Assembly: GCA_963793425.1 (NCBI GenBank)
Contig: CAWCAG010000007.1
Coordinates: forward strand, 352,001-416,000
Origin: an uncultured cyanobacterium
GTDB lineage: Bacteria; Cyanobacteriota; Cyanobacteriia; Cyanobacteriales; CAWCAG01
Length of the DNA stretch: 64,000 nucleotides
Direction: 5' to 3'
Shown: piece after piece, positions 30,805 through 41,757 of the stretch
Layout of the letters: every line of letters begins with the position of its first letter
Numbering within the stretch: the first letter of the stretch is position 1
The notes under the pieces: generated by a model
Told to the model about the DNA's origin: nothing
The model's input: the letters and a program-made list of their open reading frames with translations, nothing else
Databases searched by the model: none
Made by a program: the position numbers and the translations under genes

Positions 30805-33150
30805 GTGCAACTGCAATCTGTGGAAACTTTACGACGACGATCTATACCTGTAGTCGGGAAAATCTGGCAGCGCCTAGGAAATATGCCTCTACCACCAACA
30901 GAGGAATCTATCCTACTGCGGATCTTTGTCCAGGGCTTGGTAGCTGTAGGTGTTATCGCTACAGATGTGGCTGCGGATACCCAATTAAGTTTGTGGGCAA
31001 TACCCTTAAGCTGTGTCGGTGCTATTTGGAGTTGGTATCGACGGCGTAAGCGCAATGTCATGGTGAAGTTTTTCCTTGCCATAGGTATGTTACTAGCTAT
31101 GGCTAGTTTTTTTGGGAACTTATTCTCCAGTTTGAATGATACCCGCCTCGTACTAGCTGAGTTATTGATTCAACTACAAGTCCTTCACAGCTTTGATTTA
31201 CCTCGGCGTAAAGATTTAGGCTATTCCATGGTGATTGGTTTAATTCTGTTGGGGGTAGCTGGTACTGTTTCGCAAACTTTGGCTTTTGCGCCTCTGTTGT
31301 TACTTTTTTTAGTCTTGGCTCTACCTGTTTTAGTTTTAGATTATCGTTCTCGTTTGGGGTTGGTTACAGAAAAAAAGAGGAGAAAAAACTCTAGCAGAGA
31401 GAATTTAGAGGAAGGGGATAATCAACTTTCTCTTTCTCGTCTTAAATCTTCCCTTTTTGTTATTCTTTCTCCCCAACGTTGGCTGTTTTTCTTAGGAACT
31501 ATTTTGGTTTTAGGATTAACTATCTTTCTGTTGATGCCTCGGTTTCCCGGCTATCAACTCCAAAGCTTTCCTGTTAGTGCGCCCGTAGATTTGGATAACC
31601 AAAGTTTTGAGCAGCAAAATCAGGGTATTGTCAATCCTGGTTATGGCAACCAAGAAAATGGTGAGGCCGAAGGTAGGGGTAGTGGGGAAACCGAAGGGCC
31701 AGGAGAAGTTGACGACACTTTTTACTATGGCTTTAATAGTCAGATCAATCAAAATCTCCGAGGGGAAATGACTCCCAAGGTGGTTTTGCGGATACGTTCC
31801 CAAGCACCAGGTTTTTGGCGTGTAATGGCCTTTGATCGCTACACTGGCAAAGGATGGCAGATTTCTCGCGAAGATAAGTTAATTCAAATTGAACGCCCTA
31901 GTTGGTCTTATCAATTTTACCTGTCTCCTCCTCGTACCACAGCACCCACTAAACAGGTAATTCAAAGTTATACAACAGTTGCAGAGTTACCGAATATTAT
32001 TCCGGCTTTAAGTTATCCTAAGCAACTTTATTTTCCCGCTAAACAAGTTGCTGTAGATTTAGAAGGGAGTTTGCGATCGCCCCTGGGGTTGTTAGAAGGA
32101 TTGACTTATACGGTAATTTCAGAAGTACCGATTCGCGATCGCACTTTATTAAGGAAAGCTTCTGAAGAATATCCAGAGAAGGTTGAGGAGTATTATTTAC
32201 AAATTCCGCCAGAAATCCTCACTAAGGTGAAGCAGCGTACAGAGGAACTCTTGGCTAAGTCCCCTAACCCCCTAACTTCCAGTTACGAAAAAGCGCTCCA
32301 TCTGGCCCAAGCTGTTAAGCAAAATTATGAGGTCAAAACTGATTTACCTTTTTTTGATGAAGATGAAGATTTAGTGGAGGCTTTTCTCTTTCGTCATCAA
32401 GGGGGCTACCCAGATCATTTTGCTACGGCATATACGATGATGCTTCGCTCGGTAGGTATACCTGCCCGATTGGAAGTAGGTTTCGCTACCGGAGAGTTTA
32501 ATCCTTTTACTGGGCTTTATGTGGTCAAAAATACAGATGCCCATGCTTTAACAGAAGTTTACTTTGGTGATTATGGTTGGTATGCTTTTGACCCAATTCC
32601 TGGTCATGAAATCATCCCTCCTTCGGTAGAAGAAGTGGAAACTTTTGGCGCATTACAGCAGTTTTGGCGTTGGCTTGCTGGTTGGTTGCCTTCCCCGGTT
32701 AGCAACTTTTTTGGGGAACTTTGGCAACAAGTTATTGCTAGGATAGTTCGCTCAATTGCTTGGCTGTGGCGATTTTTCTCTAGTAGTTGGGTGGGCTTAT
32801 TTACAGGTATTATGACAGCTATTGGCTTTAGTTTCCTGGCTTGGTTAAGTTGGAATCAACTGCAAGCCTGGGCGCAGCGTCGTTGGTTAGCGAAGTTAGC
32901 ACCGATGGAAAGGTTATATCAGCAGATGCTAACGTTAGCTACGGAGCAAGGATATCCTAAAAGTCCGGCTCAAACACCTTTGGAATATGCCCAAGATATA
33001 CAGGGAAATTGGCAAGGTGCTAGGACTGAGATTGTTGAAGAGATTTGCCAAGGCTATGTCGGGTGGCGTTATGGCGATAAATCCCAAAATTTTCCCTATT
33101 TACAAGGGCAGTTGCAAGCATTGCGGCGTAGTTTGAGAAGAATTAATTAG
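30805..33150 (+). CDS. Membrane transglutaminase-like protein (DUF3488-TGc-DUF4129 / TgpA type)
   Basis: Multiple TMs; FWRVMAFDRYTG; MLRSVGIPARL; DAHALTEVYF..GW..FDP; AQTPLEYA. Confidence 0.85.
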   Translation: MQLQSVETLRRRSIPVVGKIWQRLGNMPLPPTEESILLRIFVQGLVAVGVIATDVAADTQLSLWAIPLSCVGAIWSWYRRRKRNVMVKFFLAIGMLLAMASFFGNLFSSLNDTRLVLAELLIQLQVLHSFDLPRRKDLGYSMVIGLILLGVAGTVSQTLAFAPLLLLFLVLALPVLVLDYRSRLGLVTEKKRRKNSSRENLEEGDNQLSLSRLKSSLFVILSPQRWLFFLGTILVLGLTIFLLMPRFPGYQLQSFPVSAPVDLDNQSFEQQNQGIVNPGYGNQENGEAEGRGSGETEGPGEVDDTFYYGFNSQINQNLRGEMTPKVVLRIRSQAPGFWRVMAFDRYTGKGWQISREDKLIQIERPSWSYQFYLSPPRTTAPTKQVIQSYTTVAELPNIIPALSYPKQLYFPAKQVAVDLEGSLRSPLGLLEGLTYTVISEVPIRDRTLLRKASEEYPEKVEEYYLQIPPEILTKVKQRTEELLAKSPNPLTSSYEKALHLAQAVKQNYEVKTDLPFFDEDEDLVEAFLFRHQGGYPDHFATAYTMMLRSVGIPARLEVGFATGEFNPFTGLYVVKNTDAHALTEVYFGDYGWYAFDPIPGHEIIPPSVEEVETFGALQQFWRWLAGWLPSPVSNFFGELWQQVIARIVRSIAWLWRFFSSSWVGLFTGIMTAIGFSFLAWLSWNQLQAWAQRRWLAKLAPMERLYQQMLTLATEQGYPKSPAQTPLEYAQDIQGNWQGARTEIVEEICQGYVGWRYGDKSQNFPYLQGQLQALRRSLRRIN

Positions 33151-33231
33151 GTACAGCAATTCCCCACGGTTTGTCAATTACACTGTTCCCGATATCTGCA
33201 AAATGTTCAATTAGTTTTGTCTAAGTACTTA

Positions 33232-34296
33232 TTATTCCTCAACTAAAAAGTTATTTTGCTCCAAATCCCGGCGTAGTTGAGAATAATAAATGGGGTTAAT
33301 AACAAAATATTCTTGGTAGCGTTGGAGCAACCCTTCTTGTTGCAAGCGTTGTATCGATATTAAAATATCTGAACTATTTTCCCCTAAACTAGTAGCAAGG
33401 TCAGGGATAGTAAGTTGTTCGTGTAAAGCCAAAGAATAGAGAAGGTAGCGATCACTCATTGCTAACTTTGGTAATTTTGGTAGTAGGGCTTGTTGTTGTA
33501 TTAAAGGTATCAAAGATAAAGGGCTAGTTTCTTTCTCTAGCTCTTTTTCATGGCCTAAAGAACGCAACCACAATTCCCCAGCAACTTGGCTTAATCCTGA
33601 AGAAATTTCTGCCAAATTCTCAAAGTATTCTTGTTCCTCATCTTGAGTAATTTCCATACTAGCTCTCACTGGTTCTAACCAAGCTTTAATCGCCTCACCA
33701 CTTAACTTTGGTAAAGGAAAAGTTTGACAAAACCTCCCTTGAATTCCCTTTGCCTGAATTAAATATTGCCAAGCCCAAGAATGACAACCAATCAGCCAAA
33801 AACTATCTGGATGGTTAAAAACAGCTTCTCCTAGCTTGTTGATAATTTCTAAAGAACCAATGCAGCGCAAAAAACTTTGAGATAAGCGAGGCAAAATAAC
33901 TAATTGCCGTTCCGGAACTTCTTTTAGTTCGGCTTTAAGTTGTTGTATTCTTTTTTGTACTTGGCAAGAAGGAGAACTTAATAACCATCTCTGGGATAAG
34001 GAAGAGGGATTTTTCTTACTTAATAATACCTCTTCCAAAATGCTCTCCAGAGGTTCTCCCGCACTAGCTAAAATAACTAAACTATTAGGAGCATTGGGTT
34101 CATCTTGCCAACGAGCGATCGCACTATTTAAGGCTTCTTTTAATGCTTCTGTATAAGTTTGAGGGGGTCTTAATTCAGCTAACTTACAACTCAGCTTTTC
34201 CTTAGTTTGGGGAGAAAGTTCTTGTAAGGATAATTCTGGCTCAGGGGTTTGTGGAGTAGTCTGAGTTAGGAGAACTTTTAGCTTTTCTAATACCAA
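33232..34296 (-). CDS. Hypothetical protein with a degenerate P-loop-like fold and C-terminal winged HTH
   Basis: NSLVIL, LVILPRL, WLIGC..WAWQYL, LTIPDLATSLG; start codon uncertain. Confidence 0.6.
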   Translation of the reverse strand: MVLEKLKVLLTQTTPQTPEPELSLQELSPQTKEKLSCKLAELRPPQTYTEALKEALNSAIARWQDEPNAPNSLVILASAGEPLESILEEVLLSKKNPSSLSQRWLLSSPSCQVQKRIQQLKAELKEVPERQLVILPRLSQSFLRCIGSLEIINKLGEAVFNHPDSFWLIGCHSWAWQYLIQAKGIQGRFCQTFPLPKLSGEAIKAWLEPVRASMEITQDEEQEYFENLAEISSGLSQVAGELWLRSLGHEKELEKETSPLSLIPLIQQQALLPKLPKLAMSDRYLLYSLALHEQLTIPDLATSLGENSSDILISIQRLQQEGLLQRYQEYFVINPIYYSQLRRDLEQNNFLVEE

Positions 34297-34445
34297 TTTT
34301 CTTTATTCTTCAAAAAAGATAAATTTAATCTGATTTTTCGTAAGAACCAATGTAGATTTAGACCGTTATCGATAAGCCTATTAAGGGCTAAGCTTTCGTC
34401 CTCTGGGTTTCCGTTAACGGTGTTATCAACAGTTTTTCCTAGTTT

Positions 34446-35171
34446 TTAAAATACTAACCCGGAACGTAAAGCTAGCACAGCAGCTTGAGTACGATCATCT
34501 GCACAGAGTTTATTAAGGAGGTTACGAACATGGGTTTTCACTGTACCTACAGTAATATAGAGCTTTTTGGAAATTTCATCATTACTGTGGCCAGCTACAA
34601 TCAGTTCTAAAACATCAAGTTCTCGTTTCGTTAAAGGATAAGTCTCTAAAATTCTCTCGCGATCCGCTTCGACTGAAGCAATAATGGTAGTTTTATTGCC
34701 GGAAGGAGAATAAGTACGAGGCAATTTTTGCTGTGCCTGTTTCAAAACCACTTTAGCGATCGCCGGATCAATCCAGGAGTCCCCACTATTGGTAACTCTA
34801 ATCGCTTCAACTAAATTTTCAAAGTAGATATCCTTAACGCTATAAGAATCTGCCCCAGCAGCAAAAGCAGCCAAAACTTCGTTTTCTTTATTATTCATAG
34901 TCAGAACCAAAATTTTTGTTTCTGTTTCTATTTCTGGGGCTTGCATTTGATATTGCCTAAGCTGTTGAGTTAGTTCAATGCCATCCATAATCGGCAAACC
35001 AATATCGACAACAGCAACGTCTGGAGATGTAGCTTTAAGAACCTCCAAACCTTTCTTACCATCGGCTGCTTCCCCTACTACTTGAATGTCTTTATATTGT
35101 TCTAGGGCAGCACGTAAACCTACTCTAGTAAGATGATGATCTTCTACCAATGCCACGCGAATTGCATTCAT
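34446..35171 (-). CDS. NarL/LuxR family response regulator
   Basis: VEDHHL, VVDIGLP, LTKRELDVL..SNDEI..TVKTHV. Confidence 0.93.
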   Translation of the reverse strand: MNAIRVALVEDHHLTRVGLRAALEQYKDIQVVGEAADGKKGLEVLKATSPDVAVVDIGLPIMDGIELTQQLRQYQMQAPEIETETKILVLTMNNKENEVLAAFAAGADSYSVKDIYFENLVEAIRVTNSGDSWIDPAIAKVVLKQAQQKLPRTYSPSGNKTTIIASVEADRERILETYPLTKRELDVLELIVAGHSNDEISKKLYITVGTVKTHVRNLLNKLCADDRTQAAVLALRSGLVF

Positions 35172-35462
35172 GATTTTCTACTTTTTAGCTCCATCGCATT
35201 ACTAAATATTATAAATTCACTCCCCTTTCTCTTGGATGGTTAGTGTAGCTCGGTAAATATATTCAAGGTTATAAATTTCTGAGAATAAGGGTTTAATAAT
35301 CTCTTCCTTAAAGACTATTGCTTAAGGACTAGGGGGGACAAGTAATTAGTAATAACTAATAAGTAACTAAGTAATAAGTTAATAAAAACAAGCCCTTAGT
35401 AATACTTTTGCTGTCTGGTGAGAAAAGTTTATTTTTAGGCTTTATCTATCCCAAGGTAGTAG

Positions 35463-35478
35463 TGTACTTTTAAATACA
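35463..35478. promoter_or_regulatory. Possible NtcA box
   Basis: TGTA-CTTTTAAA-TACA about 290 bp upstream of the response regulator; no -10 at canonical spacing, so it could be chance. Confidence 0.3.
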
Positions 35479-35541
35479 ATTCCTCTAGTGCAACTTATAT
35501 CTATGTCCTCAGTTCAAAGATAAGCTCAAGCTATCAATAAA

Positions 35542-37794
35542 CTAATTTGAATCATTAACTGTCATAGCCTTAATTCTCCAGCCATCTTCCTGTCGCAGAA
35601 AATTGTAGCGAACCCGAAAGTCTTTTTCATAGGATTTTGTTTCGTTGCGCTGCCCTTGCTGATAAAAATCTGCTGCTTCAGTAACTATCGCTTCAACACT
35701 AGTTTGATTAGGATCAGTCTCGCTTGCTGTGGCTGATTGTACTTCTATCTTTTCGTGCTTATACTTCCAATAGGCATTATTGTTTTTGAGACTTTGGACA
35801 GTACCACGCCATTGAGATAAAAGGGGTTCAGCCAAAACATTAGTTAGTTTATCTCCCAAATATTCCGAGCCGGTAGCTTGAGACTTAGTAGCTAGCCAGT
35901 TACTAATAAGCTGGCGGGCTGCTTCAGAGGATAACGCCCCTTCCGTTGATACATCTAGCTGAGTACCAGGAGAAGGAATTTCTACAGGGGGTTTGTTTAA
36001 TTCAATGGCTAAACTTTCTTCGGCTGGTTGATTTACACCGAAAAGGCTGTTTAAAGTCGTTCGCAGCCATTTATAAGTTCCGAGCAAAAGGAATATAGCC
36101 ACTCCTAGCCCTAAAAGCCCAACGATGGCGAGGAAAATCAAACGACTCAGCTTCGGAGAAGAGGATTTGCTGCCTAAAGTATTGCTACTATCTGGTTTCA
36201 ACGTACCATTGCTAGGGTTCAGAAAGGAACTAGCAGGTTGTTCGTGAGAAGTTTTTTTGCGCCGCGATCGCCGCTCTTCTGGGGCTACATATTCATTAGC
36301 TCCTCCATTCAAGGTTGATATGCCAATACCAGGAGTATTTCTAGCTGCTTCAGAGCCTCGTTCTACTGTAATGGTTGAAGCGCTGCCCCTAGACTTAGAG
36401 ATACCTTCTCCCCCTTGGCTTCCCACTGCACTATTTTCTTGAGTAGCAAAAGAATTACTGGCAACTGAGGTGTGAGCAGTTTGAGAATCCACCACTGCCC
36501 ATTGACTAGCATCTTCTGTTTCGGCAGGAAGCTTTTCTAAGTAACTTTGTACTTGCTCGTCGGCAAAGTAGTCTTTTAAAGCAACCCTCTGTTGAGCTAA
36601 ATCCCGGAAGTGGGGAAATACTTCTGAATGCAACCAGTTTTCCCCATAAAGACATAATCCTGGTAAAAGGTCTGGCGCTCCTTGGGAATGTTCACGAATA
36701 AAAGCTAAAGGTTCATATTCCTGGCTTAATTCTAGGGCCCGGCTTGCTTCTTCTGTTTGCCCCAGGAGGAGAGCGCAGACAGCTTGTTCTAAATGAACGT
36801 CTTGCCGCTTCCCTAAGCGAATTAACATTACTTTGGCTCTAGCTACCAAGGCAGGACGGCGTTGAGCAAATCCCCTGGCTAATAAAGCATAGACAGCCAA
36901 ATAAGTAGACACAGCAGAAGGTCTTTTTGCTTCTGCTTCAAATAATTCTTGTTGCTCTGCTACGGTTAAATAGCCTCTAAGCTGCTGAATAAAGCGCAGG
37001 AAGTCATCTATACTCAAACCTGATTGATCGTTGGCTGGGCCATCTATACCACCCCGCTCAGCTAACATTTCCCGTAGTAGTATCAACCCTTGCTGCCTTT
37101 CTGGGGTATTTTTTAGGGGTAAGGCCAACAATTCTAAAACGCGATAGGGTCTAAGCTTGTAAAGATCCGCTTGAATTTCTCCCCTAATTCCAGGAAATAG
37201 CCCTTCTCGCAAGAGCAAATCTTGTCCTGTTTGCCCCGAAATCGAAGCGTTTTCATATTCTTTCTGCTGCCAGTGTTCTCTACCCAACTCCAAACAGGCT
37301 AAAGCTAGGGTCAATACGAGATCAGCTCTAACTAGTTTAGGATCTCCCAACAGCCCTTTATCAAGACTGATACCGTCTTTTTTGGTTAAATAGGGGTGGC
37401 CCAATTTTAAGACTAACTCGTATTCTCCTAATTCTTGGAGTATCAATACAGAACCAATAAACTGCTCTGCATCAATCTCAATCCAAGGGGTATGGGGGTC
37501 TAGTTCACTATTCTCTGCCTTGCCTGTCTCTTCTAAAGGCAAATCTATTTGCCCTTCAGAATTTGATTCATAAGTCTTAGCCAAAAAGCTAGCATCATAT
37601 TCAGAACGCTGCTCTGGATCAGACAAAACCCCATAGGCTTCGTCAAGTAATTGTTTACGTGCGGCGATCGCCGCATCGCTATATTCTCGACGCGGCAGTT
37701 GTAAAGCCCGGTCTTGATATGCCTGACTTAGTTGTTCGGCTGTGGCCTGAATCGGCACGCCCAGTATTCTATAATAATCGAGCGGTATTCGCAC
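35542..37794 (-). CDS. ftn2: Ftn2/ZipN (ARC6 homologue) division protein
   Basis: MRIPLDYYRILG J-like domain, DLLPGLC, TM, C-terminal IMS/DUF4101 domain. Confidence 0.93.
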   Translation of the reverse strand: MRIPLDYYRILGVPIQATAEQLSQAYQDRALQLPRREYSDAAIAARKQLLDEAYGVLSDPEQRSEYDASFLAKTYESNSEGQIDLPLEETGKAENSELDPHTPWIEIDAEQFIGSVLILQELGEYELVLKLGHPYLTKKDGISLDKGLLGDPKLVRADLVLTLALACLELGREHWQQKEYENASISGQTGQDLLLREGLFPGIRGEIQADLYKLRPYRVLELLALPLKNTPERQQGLILLREMLAERGGIDGPANDQSGLSIDDFLRFIQQLRGYLTVAEQQELFEAEAKRPSAVSTYLAVYALLARGFAQRRPALVARAKVMLIRLGKRQDVHLEQAVCALLLGQTEEASRALELSQEYEPLAFIREHSQGAPDLLPGLCLYGENWLHSEVFPHFRDLAQQRVALKDYFADEQVQSYLEKLPAETEDASQWAVVDSQTAHTSVASNSFATQENSAVGSQGGEGISKSRGSASTITVERGSEAARNTPGIGISTLNGGANEYVAPEERRSRRKKTSHEQPASSFLNPSNGTLKPDSSNTLGSKSSSPKLSRLIFLAIVGLLGLGVAIFLLLGTYKWLRTTLNSLFGVNQPAEESLAIELNKPPVEIPSPGTQLDVSTEGALSSEAARQLISNWLATKSQATGSEYLGDKLTNVLAEPLLSQWRGTVQSLKNNNAYWKYKHEKIEVQSATASETDPNQTSVEAIVTEAADFYQQGQRNETKSYEKDFRVRYNFLRQEDGWRIKAMTVNDSN

Positions 37795-38128
37795 GGTTTG
37801 CTTCCCCAGGACGCTAGCTACTGAAATTGACCTTGATAAAACCCCAATTTGCCTTCAGTTATCTAGTTATTATTGTTTCTTTTGCACGATTCTAACTCAA
37901 GAGCAACCTATTTAAGATAAATATTTACTGGAAATTCCCTAAAGGTAATTGAAAAATTTAGCATTTTTCTTAGGTTTTCAGTTTAATCTTAAAATGTCAA
38001 TGCTGTGTTACTTAGGTCTAATATGACAATCACAGCTTGCTTGGGATTTAAGTTGAGTGACAAAATAGCTCAACTAAACCCTTTTGCCCAATTCCTCTCG
38101 CAACTGCTGTAAGGATACAACAAACTTT

Positions 38129-39164
38129 ATGGTCTTAGAACGCACTTTACCCGAATTTCACGCCACCTCCGCTCAAATTGACAGAGAAGTTGGATTGCTT
38201 CTCTATGAAGATATGGTACTCGGCCGTTTATTTGAAGACAAATGTGCTGAGATGTATTATCGAGGCAAAATGTTCGGTTTTGTCCATCTTTACAATGGTC
38301 AAGAGGCCGTATCCACTGGGGTTATTCAAGCTATGCGCCCCGGAGAAGATTATGTCTGTAGCACTTATCGAGATCATGTCCATGCCCTTAGTTGTGGAGT
38401 TCCTCCCAAGGAAGTTATGGCAGAATTATTTGGCAAGGCTACAGGCTGTAGTAAAGGGCGTGGTGGCTCGATGCATATGTTTTCTCAAGAACACCGCCTT
38501 TTAGGAGGATTTGCTTTTGTAGCTGAAGGTATTCCTGTCGCGACGGGGGCCGCACTACAATCAAAGTACCGCCGGGAGGCTTTAGGAGATGAAAATGCTG
38601 ACCAGGTAACAGCTTGCTTTTTTGGGGATGGAGCAGCTAATAATGGTCAATTTTTTGAATGTCTTAATATGGCAGCCCTTTGGAAGTTACCCATTCTTTT
38701 TGTGGTGGAGAATAATAAATGGGCTATTGGTATGGCCCATGAGAGAGCGACTTCTCAACCCGAAATTTATCGCAAGGCTGAAAGCTTCAATATGCACGGG
38801 GTTGAAGTAGATGGTATGGATGTTTTAGCAGTTCATACCGTAGCTAAAGAAGCTGTAGCCAGGGCTAGAGCAGGTGAAGGCCCTACCTTGATTGAAGCTT
38901 TGACCTATCGTTTTCGGGGTCACTCTTTGGCTGATCCTGACGAACTACGGCCCCAAGAAGAAAAACAAACTTGGTTAGCACGAGATCCGATTAAAAAGTT
39001 AAACGCTTACTTAGTTGAGCAGAATTTAGCAGATAGCAGAGGAGCTTAAAGCGATTGATAAAAAGATTCAAACCCGAATTGAAGAAGCTGTTAAATTTGC
39101 TCAGGATAGCCCAGAGCCAAATCCTAGTGAGTTAAGACGGTTTATTTTCGCTGAGGATCAATAG
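38129..39164 (+). CDS. pdhA: Pyruvate dehydrogenase E1 alpha, frameshifted near 39038
   Basis: [25 protein letters not shown]; the normal C-terminus EELKAID...FAEDQ* continues in another frame to 39164. Confidence 0.93.
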
Positions 39165-39184
39165 TTTGGAGAGGGGCATTTAAC

Positions 39185-39216
39185 TCAAAGCCTCTACTAC
39201 GCAGTAGAGGCTTTGA
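39185..39216. terminator. Intrinsic terminator hairpin after pdhA
   Basis: TCAAAGCCTCTACT-ACGC-AGTAGAGGCTTTGA, perfect 14-bp stem. Confidence 0.75.
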
Positions 39217-39365
39217 TTGATTGTTATGTATCGGCATATGTTGAGGAGTATTGGAAGTGAACCCTTCGTTTGCTCATGTGTTCAGTTACCCTAACACCCT
39301 GATGCTAAGTGCTAGCAATTTATGCTCTATCAGCTATTTGTGGGACTCTTTTGCCCTAGAGTTAC

Positions 39366-39734
39366 CTAACGAGAAACAGCGAGAGAATCATTTCCTTTTT
39401 GATTGTTGTCCCAGTTAGAATCAGAAGGGGCAATATGATATTTAACCAAGTCAGCTAAGTCTTCTAGCTGGCAAATGGCTTCGGCTCCTTCCAATTTCAT
39501 TAGCTCTCGGTCATCCCGCATTTCCGTCCAGGTGATGCCATAATCTGAGACTAAAAAACGGATGAGATGATTTTGTCCTAAGCTCACCATAAAAGAAGCG
39601 CTGTTCATTTGACTCCCGCAGGTATAGCAAGAAGCGAGATAGCCGCGATTTTCCAAAACAATAGCCATAGCTTGGAGATTCATTACCAAGTCTTTGACAA
39701 AAAGACGATGTTGTTGTGCAAGTCGTAAAAACAC
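39366..39734 (-). CDS. DUF1815 family protein
   Basis: FLRLAQQHR.FVKDLVMNLQA, ASCYTCG, LIRFLVSDYGITW; GTG start at 39734. Confidence 0.75.
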   Translation of the reverse strand: MFLRLAQQHRLFVKDLVMNLQAMAIVLENRGYLASCYTCGSQMNSASFMVSLGQNHLIRFLVSDYGITWTEMRDDRELMKLEGAEAICQLEDLADLVKYHIAPSDSNWDNNQKGNDSLAVSR

Positions 39735-40137
39735 TTTTTTCCTCCAACCAAAAGATATGTTTAGACATTTTAATACTTTCTTAAGGCTTTTCTTTTTTCC
39801 CCTAGTGTTACACTCCAATCTTGAAAATAATCAAGCTTAAGAAAATAATTAATTGTCTACTGCGCATCAGGTTATCCTAGCCTCAATAAAATGCCCAGTA
39901 TAAGCAACTACATTTGGCAAAAACTAGCCTGATACAAACCTGAATATTCCTTAAATAAATCTGTCTAGAGGTATAACTATTAGCAAATTTATTTCTTTAT
40001 GGGCTTCAGGCAGAAAGCTTTAGCAACTAAGCTATGGCTAAGCGCTACTTTCTAGTATTACCTCAATATTCATTATTAGGTGTTGTAAAAAGGAATTTTT
40101 AGACAAAAGATTAATTACTTTTACTTATTAATTACCT

Positions 40138-41052
40138 TTAAATAGTTAATTTATCTAGAACTACTTTTGTCGAGACAATGTGTTTCTCTAAACCTAATTG
40201 TTGGGGTTCAAGTCCTAAAGCTAAACCAATCAACTGAGGTAAATGAAGGACTGGTAGGCCTAAAGAGCGTCCTATGACTTTTTCTACCTCTGGTTGGCGA
40301 GAATCGAGATTAAGATGACAAAGAGGGCAAGGAGTTACTAAACAGTCAGCCCCACCATCAATAGCCTCTTGGATATGTTTGCCAGCCATTTGGAAAGATT
40401 GTTCTGGGGCATAGCTAGAAATAGGCCAACCACAGCATTGAGTACGACCTGAATAGTAGACAGGAGTAGCTCCCACTGTACGGAAGACATTTTCTAAAGA
40501 TTCTGGCTGAAGAGGATCGTCGTAGGGTAGAGATTTTTGAGCGCGGAGTAAATAGCAGCCATAAAAAGCCGCACATTTCAAGCCAGAAAGGGAACGCCTA
40601 ACCTTGGCTTTTAGTTTATCAAGACCATAATCGCCTACAATTGCCCAAAGAAGATGTTTTACTTCTGTAGAACCTTGATAAGGTGAACAGCCTTCTTTTT
40701 TCAATAAGCCATTAACCTGTTCTAAGTAAACAGGATTATTTGCTTGGGCTTCTTTTAAGCGTTCATCCACATGACCAATAACTCCTTGACAAGTGCTGCA
40801 ATGGGTTAAAAGAGGAAGATTTTCTGCTTCAGCCAGGGCAATATTACGAGCATTAACGGTATCTTCTAGTAATTGGGAATCTTCTTTGTAGGTTCCCGAT
40901 CCACAACAAGCGCCCTTTTTTAATTCAATGAGTTCAATATCTAAAGCTTTCGCTAAGGCTGAAGTAGATAAATAAAGCTCCTTACAAGCCCCTTGAGCCA
41001 CACAGCCCGGAAAATAAGCATAGCGCAAAGCTTTTTCTGTCGTGATCGTCAT
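40138..41052 (-). CDS. hdrB: Heterodisulfide reductase subunit B-like (CCG domain) protein; probable membrane anchor of succinate dehydrogenase
   Basis: YFPGC, CCGS, FYGC, QCCG, TPCPLCHLNLD. Confidence 0.85.
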   Translation of the reverse strand: MTITTEKALRYAYFPGCVAQGACKELYLSTSALAKALDIELIELKKGACCGSGTYKEDSQLLEDTVNARNIALAEAENLPLLTHCSTCQGVIGHVDERLKEAQANNPVYLEQVNGLLKKEGCSPYQGSTEVKHLLWAIVGDYGLDKLKAKVRRSLSGLKCAAFYGCYLLRAQKSLPYDDPLQPESLENVFRTVGATPVYYSGRTQCCGWPISSYAPEQSFQMAGKHIQEAIDGGADCLVTPCPLCHLNLDSRQPEVEKVIGRSLGLPVLHLPQLIGLALGLEPQQLGLEKHIVSTKVVLDKLTI

Positions 41053-41295
41053 AGCCCTTGTATCCTTTTCAAATCCCTAACTCGCTATTATTCTATATCG
41101 GTGAGGATAAGTGATGAGCAGAAAACAATTATCCATTAGCAACTAGCGACTAGCAACTAGCTATTAGCCAAGTATGCCAATTATCTGTGCGACCACAAAA
41201 AAGCTTAGGGAGTACCGCTTTCCGATAAGATGAAAAATACTTACAAAATCTCTATTCACTCAAGTCAATTCCGGCAAGTAGGTTGAACAAAACTT

Positions 41296-41544
41296 ATGAA
41301 TCAAGAAATTTTCTCTCAAGTGCAAACAATTGTTACAGAACAATTAGAAGTTGAAGCTGATAAAGTGACTCCTGAAGCTAGCTTCGCTAACGATTTAGGA
41401 GCAGATTCCCTAGATACTGTAGAGCTAGTCATGGCTTTAGAGGAAGAATTTGACATTGAAATTCCTGACGAAGCAGCAGAACAAATTGCTACAGTCAAAA
41501 ACGCTGTGGATTATATTAGCGATAAGGTAGTTACCTCAGCTTAA
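41296..41544 (+). CDS. acpP: Acyl carrier protein
   Basis: [14 protein letters not shown]. Confidence 0.97.
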   Translation: MNQEIFSQVQTIVTEQLEVEADKVTPEASFANDLGADSLDTVELVMALEEEFDIEIPDEAAEQIATVKNAVDYISDKVVTSA

Positions 41545-41691
41545 AAATACTCAAATGAGACGCTCTTAGTGTGTTTTGAGCGAACAAAACAATTTTGAGA
41601 AAATGTTCTCTCAGGACGGGATTTATCTTAATACCCGTCCACCACAAGAGTAATGTAATGGCTCAAATAGCCTCACTAAGTTGAGGATCTC

Positions 41692-41730
41692 AGCAATTAG
41701 CAATTAGCATTTAGCAATTAGCATTTAGCA
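41692..41730. repeat. Heptamer tandem repeats (STRR-like); similar tracts at about 41136-41169, 51162-51189, 57151-57170, 60020-60047 and 62916-62947
   Basis: (AGCAATT)n, (TTACTTA)n, (TAGTGGC)n and (AATAGGT)n visible directly. Confidence 0.75.
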
Positions 41731-41757
41731 AAAAGTCTTTCATCATTCTCTAGCCTC

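Noticed and set aside
31669..31692. EGRGSGE in the transglutaminase-like protein resembling the PatS/PatX RGSGR motif next to patU
   Set aside because: The terminal Arg is missing and it lies in a Gly/Glu low-complexity linker; probably coincidence
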